A stretch of 62,258 nt of DNA, counting the filler, from Candidatus Omnitrophota bacterium (GTDB taxonomy: Bacteria > Omnitrophota > Gorgyraeia > JAGLLT01): the NCBI GenBank assembly GCA_023140385.1. It is 5 parts of 5 records of this genome, joined end to end, with 100 filler letters (N's around TTAATTAATTAA, not from the genome) between each part and the next. Parts side by side here need not be neighbours in the genome. Positions count along the whole stretch, not along the records: positions 46,282 to 60,152 come from JAGLLT010000024.1; 4 more parts are not named here. One strand, 5' to 3'. The number at the start of each line of letters is the position of its first letter. Within the stretch, counting starts at the first letter, position 1. The position numbers and the translations under genes are program-made. The notes under the pieces were generated by a model. That model was not told the origin of the DNA, made no database searches, and was given only the letters and a program-made list of their open reading frames with translations. Below, piece by piece: positions 52,998-60,252 of this stretch.

Positions 52998-53038
52998 TAA
53001 AAATCCCACTGCGTATTTCTGCCGTAGTGGGATTTTTA
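52998..53038. terminator. intrinsic (possibly bidirectional) terminator
   Basis: TAAAAATCCCACTGCG-loop-CGTAGTGGGATTTTTA. Confidence 0.7.
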
Positions 53039-53067
53039 TTGACAACAACGCGGAGAAAGATTAAGAT
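53039..53067 (+). promoter_or_regulatory. sigma70-type promoter of nadE-glnA-ANTAR
   Basis: TTGACA-17 nt-TAAGAT. Confidence 0.65.
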
Positions 53068-53106
53068 GTCCTATATGCGATATATTTTTAAATAAGGCAG
53101 AGGGTA

Positions 53107-53850
53107 ATGAGTCTAAGCGAAGATTTAATTAGGTGGATTAAAAATCAGGTAAAAGAGGCCGGCAAGGAGGGTGTTGTGCTGGGTTTGAGCGGCGGCTTAG
53201 ACTCTGCCTGCGTAGCGGTATTATGCAAAAAGGCCTTAGGTGAGAACCTGTTGGGGCTAATTATGCCCTGTGAGAGTAATTTAGAGGATGAAAAGTTCGT
53301 TAATCTTTTGACAGAGGAATTTAACGTTAAAACGGAAGCGGTAGCCCTTGATGCCGTATACAAAGAGCTGACCGGTATCCTGCCTCCGGCGGGTAAGATG
53401 GCTAAAGCTAATCTTAAGCCGAGATTAAGAATGACAGTTCTATATTATTTTGCCAACAAGCTTAATTATCTGGTAGCCGGAACAGGGAATAAAAGCGAGC
53501 TGACAGTCGGTTATTTTACAAAGTATGGAGATGGAGGAGTGGATATACTGCCTTTAGGCAATCTCCTCAAAACTGAAGTTAGAAAGTTAGCAGAGGAGTT
53601 AGGGATACACGGGGATATTATAAAGAGAACTCCGACCGCGGGTTTATGGGAGGGGCAGACTGATGAAGGCGAGCTGGGTATGAGTTATGAGGAACTTGAT
53701 GAGGCAATTATCTCTATGGAGAATGCGGGTAAACCAGCTGTTAGTCAGGAAGCTATAAATAAAGTCAGGATATTAAATAAGAAATCAGAGCATAAAAGAT
53801 TACCGGTTTCCGTATTTGAGAAAAAAGAGGGGGAGTCGAGTGGCTGCTAA
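53107..53850 (+). CDS. nadE: NH3-dependent NAD+ synthetase
   Basis: GLSGGLDS, NLKPRLRM, GYFTKYGDG and PTAGLWEGQTDE motifs, no glutaminase domain. Confidence 0.93.
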   Translation: MSLSEDLIRWIKNQVKEAGKEGVVLGLSGGLDSACVAVLCKKALGENLLGLIMPCESNLEDEKFVNLLTEEFNVKTEAVALDAVYKELTGILPPAGKMAKANLKPRLRMTVLYYFANKLNYLVAGTGNKSELTVGYFTKYGDGGVDILPLGNLLKTEVRKLAEELGIHGDIIKRTPTAGLWEGQTDEGELGMSYEELDEAIISMENAGKPAVSQEAINKVRILNKKSEHKRLPVSVFEKKEGESSGC

Positions 53851-55198
53851 ATCAAAAGAAACAGTTTTAAAGATAGTCAGAGAAAAAAAAGTTAGGCATA
53901 TTCAGATATGGTTTACCGATATTTTAGGCTTTCTAAAATGTTTTACGATTACCGATGATGAGCTTAAAACAACCTTGGAAGATGGTAAGGGATTTGACGG
54001 AAGCTCTATAACCGGCTATGCCGAGGCTGAAGAGTCGGATATCGTGGCTATGCCGGATCCTTCAACATTTCAGTTATTACCCTGGGAGCCAAAGGACGAA
54101 CCTGTAGGCCGAATGTTCTGTGATATCTTAAATCCTGATGGTTCACCCTACGCGGGGGATCCTCGCTACATATTAAAACAAAATCTTAAGAAAGCGGAGA
54201 AGATGGGTTATAAGTTTTTAGTCGGCCCGGAACTTGAATATTTTTATTTTACAAACAGTAAAAGCCCGGATATCGTGGATGAGGGCGCTTATTTTGATTT
54301 AATTCCTAATGATTTAGCTAATAATCTTAGGAGAAAATCAGTAGATATTTTAAAAGAGATGGGTATTGCCGTAGAGATGTCTCATCATGAGGTCGCGCCT
54401 TCGCAGCACGAAATAGATTTACGCTATTCTGACGCGCTTACTATGGCGGACGCGGCGGTAACTTATAAGATGGTGGTAAAAGAGATTGCCCAAAAAGAGG
54501 GCGTCCACGCCACTTTTATGCCTAAGCCTATCCACGGTGTTTGTGGTTCGGGCATGCATGTCCATCAATCATTATTTTCCGCCAAAGGCGGATCCGCCTC
54601 CGGAGGAAAAGGTCTGAGGAATACCTTCTATGACAAAAAAGACAAAGATCATCTTTCAGAAATCGCGAAACAATTTATTGCCGGTCAGCTCAAACATGCC
54701 AGAGAAATATCCTCTGTGGTAGCTCAATGGGTAAACTCTTACAAAAGACTGGTTTCCGGTTTTGAGGCTCCTGTTTATATTAGTTGGGCCCATAAAAACA
54801 GGACTGCTCTTATAAGAGTACCTGTTTATAAGCCGGGTAGCGAGAAAGCTGTTCGGGCTGAGATAAGATGCCCTGATCCGGCTTGTAACCCATATTTGGC
54901 CTTTTCAGTTATGCTGGCCGCCGGTTTAGAGGGAATTAAGGGTAAATATAAACTGCCTGCTCCGGTAGAGCCTAACATCTATACTATGGAAGCTGAAGAA
55001 AGAGAGAACCGCGGATTAAGGCAACTTCCGACTAATCTCTTTGAGGCTTTAAATGAAACTAAAAAGAGTAAGATAGTAAAGGAAGCCCTGGGAGACCATA
55101 TTTTTACCAGGTTTATTCATAATAAATCAAAAGAATGGGATGACTACAGAACTCAAGTTACTTCTTATGAAATAAATAAATATTTACCTATACTTTAA
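53840..55198 (+). CDS. glnA: glutamine synthetase type I
   Basis: FDGSSI, GPELEY, HHEVAPSQHEI, FMPKP...GSGMHVHQS and NPYLA motifs. Likely GTG start after GAGGGGG. Confidence 0.95.
   Translation: MAAKSKETVLKIVREKKVRHIQIWFTDILGFLKCFTITDDELKTTLEDGKGFDGSSITGYAEAEESDIVAMPDPSTFQLLPWEPKDEPVGRMFCDILNPDGSPYAGDPRYILKQNLKKAEKMGYKFLVGPELEYFYFTNSKSPDIVDEGAYFDLIPNDLANNLRRKSVDILKEMGIAVEMSHHEVAPSQHEIDLRYSDALTMADAAVTYKMVVKEIAQKEGVHATFMPKPIHGVCGSGMHVHQSLFSAKGGSASGGKGLRNTFYDKKDKDHLSEIAKQFIAGQLKHAREISSVVAQWVNSYKRLVSGFEAPVYISWAHKNRTALIRVPVYKPGSEKAVRAEIRCPDPACNPYLAFSVMLAAGLEGIKGKYKLPAPVEPNIYTMEAEERENRGLRQLPTNLFEALNETKKSKIVKEALGDHIFTRFIHNKSKEWDDYRTQVTSYEINKYLPIL
54578..54607 (+). repeat. 30-nt double palindrome inserted in frame in glnA
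   Basis: TCCGCC-AAA-GGCGGA + TCCGCC-TCC-GGAGGA, encoding SAKGGSASGG. Confidence 0.7.
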
Positions 55199-55207
55199 GG
55201 TTATAAA

Positions 55208-55933
55208 ATGGCAAAAGCATCGGAAAAAAACCAAAATAGCAAACAGATTATTAAAGCTCTGACCACTATAAGTGAGGCGGTAATATCCGATCAGTATTTA
55301 GATGATATCTTGAAACTGATCGTAACTGTGACAGCTGAGGTTATGGGTTCAAAGATATGCTCGCTGATGATGATAAGTGATTCCGGCAAAGAGCTGGTGA
55401 TTAAAGCCACACAGTCGGTGAGCGAGGCTTATAACAAAAAGCCGAACATTAAGGTGGGCGAAGGCATTGCCGGTGTGGTAGCTAAAGAGGCAAAGCACAT
55501 TACAGTTCTTGACGTTCGTAAAGACGAGCGCTATATAAACAGAGATATTGCTAAGGAAGAAAATCTTTACTCTCTGCTTAGCGTGCCGCTTATCTTTAAA
55601 GGTAAAGTAATTGGGGTCTTAAATAGTTATACGGCGCAACGTCACAGCTTTACTAAAAATGAAATAAACATTTTAAAGTCAGTAGCTAACCAGGCGGCTG
55701 TTGTTATTGAAAATTTCAGGTTGGTTGTTGAGTCTGAAATTATCAAAGAAGAACTTGAAACAAGAAAGAAGGTTGAGAGGGCAAAGGGCATATTAATGAA
55801 GCAGGGAAGCTTGAGCGAAAAAGAAGCCTATAATCTAATTAGAAAGTACAGTATGGACAGACGCAAGACCATGAAGGAAATATCGGAGGCAATTATACTA
55901 AGTGAGGATATGAAAAAATTATCAAAAAAATAA
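55208..55933 (+). CDS. GAF-ANTAR RNA-binding antiterminator (one-component regulator)
   Basis: GAF domain (GEGIAGVVA...SLLSVPL...IGVLN...ANQAAVVIEN) and ANTAR domain (LETRKKVERAKGILM...EKEAYNLIRKYSMDRRKTMKEISEAI). Confidence 0.9.
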   Translation: MAKASEKNQNSKQIIKALTTISEAVISDQYLDDILKLIVTVTAEVMGSKICSLMMISDSGKELVIKATQSVSEAYNKKPNIKVGEGIAGVVAKEAKHITVLDVRKDERYINRDIAKEENLYSLLSVPLIFKGKVIGVLNSYTAQRHSFTKNEINILKSVANQAAVVIENFRLVVESEIIKEELETRKKVERAKGILMKQGSLSEKEAYNLIRKYSMDRRKTMKEISEAIILSEDMKKLSKK

Positions 55934-55936
55934 AAC

Positions 55937-55965
55937 TTGACAGGAATTAATTAATGGTGTATAAT
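55937..55965 (+). promoter_or_regulatory. consensus sigma70 promoter of the sigma-factor gene leader
   Basis: Perfect TTGACA-17 nt-TATAAT. Confidence 0.85.
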
Positions 55966-55976
55966 TCTGTTGATGG

Positions 55977-56041
55977 TTAAAGCACAAAGATAGTGCTTTA
56001 AAAAGGAAGATACAAAGACGTTTTTTTAAACGTCTTTTTTT
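55977..56041 (+). promoter_or_regulatory. ANTAR-type dual hairpin plus overlapping terminator (element 1)
   Basis: P1 TTAAAGCAC-AAAGATA-GTGCTTTAA. P2 AC-AAAGAC-GT overlaps terminator AAAGACGTTT-TTTT-AAACGTCTTT-TTTT. Confidence 0.75.
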
Positions 56042-56061
56042 CGTTCAGAATAAGAGAAAAC

Positions 56062-56116
56062 AGGATAAAGACGTCCTTTTTATCAGCTGAGTCTGCTGAT
56101 GGGGACGTCTTTTTTT
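56062..56116 (+). promoter_or_regulatory. ANTAR-type hairpin plus overlapping terminator (element 2)
   Basis: AGGAT-AAAGAC-GTCCT overlaps the 5' arm of AAAGACGTCCTT..ATCAGC/GCTGAT-GGGGACGTCTTT-TTTT. Confidence 0.72.
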
Positions 56117-56162
56117 ATTGAGTTCACGGCTCGCGCGGTTTAAAAGATTTAAGGTGAGGAAA

Positions 56163-56699
56163 ATGTTTTTTAAAATATTGTATGAAAAAGTTAAGCCAAA
56201 GCTGAAGATGATAGCCAGGAAGCATAGCAGGCGCCTGCTTTTTGCTGACGCGGACGACCTGTATCAGGAGATGTGTATCCATTTGTGGGATAAATTTAAA
56301 AACGGCGTGCCGGAAGACATAAATGAAAGTTACATAGTCAGGGGCTGTGAATTTCACCTCTTAAACTATTTGAGAAAAGGAAAAGAAGCGATGACGGCAG
56401 TAAGCTTTGAAGAACCTATAAATGAAGACGGAAGTACCTTAAAAGACCTTTTGCCGGAAGAAAAAGAACCTGTTGATAGCTATGTAAATAGAAAAATAGT
56501 TATTGAGGAAATAAAAAGTAATGGTTTTTCTAAGAGAGAAAAGGAAGTTTTTTCTTTTTTACTGGAGGGCTATACTGTAAGAGAAACTGGAGAGGCGCTT
56601 GGCATTTCTCATGTGATGGTTGTAAAATTTAAAAGACGCATAGTAGAAAAGTGGCAAAAGAAGCATGGCGCGGGCAGTGCTTGCCGGGTAGCAAATTAA
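56163..56699 (+). CDS. alternative sigma70-family (ECF/SigH-like) sigma factor
   Basis: Region 2 DADDLYQEMCIHLW...LLNYLRK and region 4 FSKREKEVFSFLLEGYTVRETGEALGISHVMV. ATG 56163 follows GGTGAGG. Confidence 0.8.
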   Translation: MFFKILYEKVKPKLKMIARKHSRRLLFADADDLYQEMCIHLWDKFKNGVPEDINESYIVRGCEFHLLNYLRKGKEAMTAVSFEEPINEDGSTLKDLLPEEKEPVDSYVNRKIVIEEIKSNGFSKREKEVFSFLLEGYTVRETGEALGISHVMVVKFKRRIVEKWQKKHGAGSACRVAN

Positions 56700-56778
56700 T
56701 TTTAAAAAGTTTCTGTAAAATGGTTACCAAAATAACCAAATACTTACTTTAGATATAGAAGAAGACAAAATTTTTCAA

Positions 56779-56828
56779 GACACACTGTTGTGTCAGAACA
56801 AAGACGTTTATTCTTAAGCGTCTTTTTT
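56779..56828 (+). promoter_or_regulatory. ANTAR-type dual hairpin plus overlapping terminator (element 3)
   Basis: P1 GACAC-ACTGTT-GTGTC and P2 GAAC-AAAGAC-GTTT, both hexaloops with A1/G4. Terminator AAAGACGTTTA-TTCT-TAAGCGTCTTT-TTT. Confidence 0.8.
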
Positions 56829-56852
56829 GTTTTTAATAGATTAAAAGTTTAT

Positions 56853-56911
56853 CTGGACGCGGGTGTTCAGTTTAATGCTTTGCTTGGGAGCATAAAATTG
56901 AGCGCCTTTTT
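56853..56911 (+). terminator. second terminator-like hairpin before P-II, overlapped by a degenerate hexaloop hairpin
   Basis: GGTGTTCAGTTT...AAATTGAGCGCC-TTTTT, with alternative hairpin CTGGAC-GCGGGT-GTTCAG. Confidence 0.5.
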
Positions 56912-56929
56912 ATTTATATAAAATGAAGG

Positions 56930-57262
56930 GTGGTGAAAAAAGTGAAAAAAATTGAATGCGTAATTCGCACCGAAGGACTGAAGAATTTAATAGACGCGTT
57001 AAGGCATTCAGGAGTAGGTGGTGTGACTATTAGTGAAGTTAAGGGCTTTGGGAGAGAAACCACGCGGCCGGATGCCTACTTAATTCTGCCAAAGACAAAG
57101 GTTGAAATATATGCCACAGACGAACAGGCGGAAGAATTGATTCCCGTCATTATCAAAACCTGCAGGACAGGTGAGCTGGGTGATGGAAAAATTGCCATCT
57201 TGCCGATGGACGACGGGATTAGAATAAGAACGGGGGAGCGTAGTGAAGAGGCTATACTCTAA
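56930..57262 (+). CDS. P-II family nitrogen regulator with shortened T-loop
   Basis: EVKGFGR, LPKTKVEI, RTGELGDGKI and IRIRTGE motifs. Confidence 0.88.
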   Translation: MVKKVKKIECVIRTEGLKNLIDALRHSGVGGVTISEVKGFGRETTRPDAYLILPKTKVEIYATDEQAEELIPVIIKTCRTGELGDGKIAILPMDDGIRIRTGERSEEAIL

Positions 57263-57284
57263 ACAAAGAAAGGAGAATAACGAA

Positions 57285-58037
57285 ATGGTGAAGTGGAAAA
57301 AATTGTTAACAGTTATTTTGGTGATAGGAATTTTGACAGGGGCTGGAGCTTCAGTTATCTCTATTGAGGCGGGACTGCTCGATGATTCAGATGTGGAGGT
57401 AAGCGCTGATTTAGCGATAAATTCAAACTATATGTGGAGAGGCTTTAAGCTGGATGATGACCCTGTAATACAGCCGGGAATTTACGTTAGCGCCTGTGGT
57501 TTTACAGCCAGCATCTGGGGTAGTTTTGATATTGACGCTGATGATAGTTTGAACTCTGATGAGATGGACTATTGTATAGATTATACGTACAGTTTTGATA
57601 CGGTTAGTTTGTCTATAGGCCATACCTATTATGATTTTCCGGCAGGTGACTGTGCTAGTAAGGAATTTTATCTCGGAGCCGGTTTAGATGTGTTTCTTTC
57701 ACCGGCCCTAACCTGGTACCATGATTATGCTGACGAAGATTCAGGCGGCGGCGACGGAGATTATATAGTTTTAGATTTAAGTCATAGTTTGCCTTTAGGA
57801 GAAAGTTCTGTAACATGTGATTTGGCCGGCCATATTGGTTATAATAATGAACTTTTCATCGCCGGCAATGGCGGAGATATTGGTTTGAGCGCCGGGTTGA
57901 CCTTTCCGCTGACGGATAAGTGTTCTTTTTCTCCAAATGTTAACTACTCAATACCTTTTGGTGATTTAGAAGATTCAGATGACGGCAATCAGGATGATGA
58001 ATTTTATGCCGGCGTAATTTTAACTTTTAGTATGTAA
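57285..58037 (+). CDS. putative outer-membrane beta-barrel, TorF/TIGR02001-like
   Basis: Signal peptide, SNYMWRG...PVIQPG...IWGS...EMDY...YT...GHTYYDFP...EFYLG. ATG 57285 follows AAGGAG. Confidence 0.65.
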   Translation: MVKWKKLLTVILVIGILTGAGASVISIEAGLLDDSDVEVSADLAINSNYMWRGFKLDDDPVIQPGIYVSACGFTASIWGSFDIDADDSLNSDEMDYCIDYTYSFDTVSLSIGHTYYDFPAGDCASKEFYLGAGLDVFLSPALTWYHDYADEDSGGGDGDYIVLDLSHSLPLGESSVTCDLAGHIGYNNELFIAGNGGDIGLSAGLTFPLTDKCSFSPNVNYSIPFGDLEDSDDGNQDDEFYAGVILTFSM

Positions 58038-58079
58038 GTTTGTCCGTTTAAACGAACTTCATTAAAGAAAGGAGAAAAA

Positions 58080-59447
58080 ATGTTAAAGATTTTACAAAAG
58101 ATACCAAAGTTAATGTTTTTTGTGCCTTTGGCTATGCTTACTTTGAGCACTTATGCCTTTGCTGATGAACCGACTGCTGCCAGTAACGCGATAGCCATTG
58201 ATACGGTATGGACTTTAGTAGCCGCCTTTTTGGTTTTCTTTATGCAGCCGGGGTTTGCGATGGTTGAGGTAGGTTTTACCAGGGCAAAAAACGCTTCAAA
58301 TATTTTAATGAAGAACCTTATGGATTTTTGCATTGGTTCAATTGCTTTTTGGGTGATAGGATTTGGTTTAATGTTTGGAGCAAGTGCCCTCGGGCTTTTT
58401 GGTACAAATGGATTTTTCCTGAGTACAGCTAATCCCTCTACTGCTGACGGGCTTTGGCAGTTTGCCTATTGGATATTCCAAGCTGTTTTCGCGGCTACGG
58501 CAGCAACTATAGTTTCAGGAGCGGTAGCTGAACGCACAAAATTCCCCGCTTATTTAGTTTATTCTGTTTTTATTTGTGCCATAATTTATCCTATTGTAGG
58601 ACATTGGATTTGGGGCGGTGGTTGGTTAGCGGCTAAAGGCTTTTTGGACTTTGCCGGTTCTACAGTAGTTCACTCAGTCGGCGGCTGGGCTGGTTTAGCC
58701 GGAGCGATGCTGTTGGGCCCAAGATTAGGGAAATACAACAAAGATAAAAGCTCTAATGCTATCCCGGGACACAATATTCCTCTTGCCGCTTTGGGAGTAT
58801 TTATTCTTTGGTTTGGCTGGTTTGGTTTTAATGCCGGCAGTACCACTTCTGGAACAAATCTGAGTATTGCCACCATTTGTGTAACTACCAGTTTAGCTGC
58901 TTCAGCCGGGGCTATTATGGCAATGTTTACCGCTTGGAAGAGGTTTGGTAAGCCCGACACGAGTATGGCATTGAATGGGGCGTTAGCCGGATTGGTGGCG
59001 ATTACTGCCGGGTGTGCTAATGTTTCTCCACTTAGCGCGATTATAATCGGAGCTATTGCCGGTGTGTTAGTAGTAGTGAGTGTAGAGTTTATTGATAAGG
59101 TTTTGCACATTGACGATCCCGTGGGAGCAATATCCGTACATGGGGTCTGCGGCATCTTTGGTACTCTTGCCGTAGGGCTTTTTGCCCAAGCCGCCTATGG
59201 CGAATCAAGCGGAATGGGCGCGATAAACGGCTTTTTCTTTGGAGGAGGTTTATCGCAGTTCTTTACCCAATTGATAGGTGTACTTTCTGTCGGTGCCTGG
59301 GTGTTCGGCTCTTCACTGCTTCTGTTTTACATTATTAAGAAAACCGTTGGACTTAGAGCATCTGATGAAGAACAGTTAAAGGGACTGGATATTACAGAGC
59401 ATGGTATGGAGTCTTATGCCGGCTTCCAGATATTTACAACAGAATAA
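58080..59447 (+). CDS. amtB: ammonium transporter
   Basis: FMQPGFAMVE, DFAGSTVVHSVGG, LWFGWFGFNAGS and IDDPVGAISVHG motifs. Confidence 0.96.
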   Translation: MLKILQKIPKLMFFVPLAMLTLSTYAFADEPTAASNAIAIDTVWTLVAAFLVFFMQPGFAMVEVGFTRAKNASNILMKNLMDFCIGSIAFWVIGFGLMFGASALGLFGTNGFFLSTANPSTADGLWQFAYWIFQAVFAATAATIVSGAVAERTKFPAYLVYSVFICAIIYPIVGHWIWGGGWLAAKGFLDFAGSTVVHSVGGWAGLAGAMLLGPRLGKYNKDKSSNAIPGHNIPLAALGVFILWFGWFGFNAGSTTSGTNLSIATICVTTSLAASAGAIMAMFTAWKRFGKPDTSMALNGALAGLVAITAGCANVSPLSAIIIGAIAGVLVVVSVEFIDKVLHIDDPVGAISVHGVCGIFGTLAVGLFAQAAYGESSGMGAINGFFFGGGLSQFFTQLIGVLSVGAWVFGSSLLLFYIIKKTVGLRASDEEQLKGLDITEHGMESYAGFQIFTTE

Positions 59448-59453
59448 TAACTA

Positions 59454-59536
59454 TTAGCGTATAGCGCGTAGTGTTTAGCGTATAGAAAAGCAAAAAGGTT
59501 TTAACTAAACGCTAAACACTACGCGCTAACCGCTAA
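59454..59536. repeat. heptamer-repeat inverted element (TAGCGNN / NNCGCTA)
   Basis: Perfect 20-bp stem 59462-59481/59509-59528, same family as 22786-22857. Confidence 0.8.
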
Positions 59537-59564
59537 AAAAAATGCTAAAAGATGGAGGTGTAAA

Positions 59565-59906
59565 GTGAAACTAATAATAGCAATGATTCAGCCGCATCAA
59601 CTGCCTGAAGTAAAAAAGGCGTTATTTGATGCTGAGGTGCATAATATGACTGTTACCAATGCTCTTGGATGCGGTAGGCAAAAGGGTTATACGGAAACCT
59701 ATAGAGGTGTAATACATGAGATAAACCTGCTTAAGAAGGTTAGGCTCGAAGTAGCTGTAAATGAGGACTTTGTTGAGCCGGCCATTAACGCTATTATAGG
59801 GGGCGCCAGAACCGGTAAAATTGGTGACGGGAAGATTTTTGTGCTTGATTTGCCTGAATGCATCAGGATAAGAACCGGAGAAAAGGGAAGCGAAGCTATC
59901 GGGTAA
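59565..59906 (+). CDS. glnK: P-II family nitrogen regulator (amtB-linked)
   Basis: [26 protein letters not shown] and IRIRTGE motifs. GTG start follows GGAGGT. Confidence 0.88.
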   Translation: MKLIIAMIQPHQLPEVKKALFDAEVHNMTVTNALGCGRQKGYTETYRGVIHEINLLKKVRLEVAVNEDFVEPAINAIIGGARTGKIGDGKIFVLDLPECIRIRTGEKGSEAIG

Positions 59907-59925
59907 AATTATAGAAGAGTAGGTT

Positions 59926-59981
59926 GGACAAAGACGTCCGGTTTAGTACCGTGAAGGTAAATAAAACTGGACGTCTTTTTT
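59926..59981 (+). promoter_or_regulatory. ANTAR-type hairpin plus overlapping terminator (element 4), upstream of nifH
   Basis: GGAC-AAAGAC-GTCC overlaps the 15-bp stem AAAGACGTCCGGTTT/AAACTGGACGTCTTT followed by T run. Confidence 0.78.
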
Positions 59982-60027
59982 GTGTGAAAAGCATCTACCA
60001 TTTTGATAAATGACAAGAGGTGGTTAA

Positions 60028-60152
<125 letters not shown>

Positions 60153-60252
60153 NNNNNNNNNNNNNNNNNNNNNNNNNNNNNNNNNNNNNNNNNNNNTTAA
60201 TTAATTAANNNNNNNNNNNNNNNNNNNNNNNNNNNNNNNNNNNNNNNNNNNN
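60153..60252. other. artificial contig linker
   Basis: N-run, TTAATTAATTAA, N-run. Confidence 0.97.

Noticed and set aside
55977..59981. AAAGACGT repeats as a CRISPR array or DNA operator
   Set aside because: Spacing is irregular, there are no spacers or cas genes, and each copy pairs with a downstream complement plus T-tract with G-U pairs tolerated, which fits an RNA structure.
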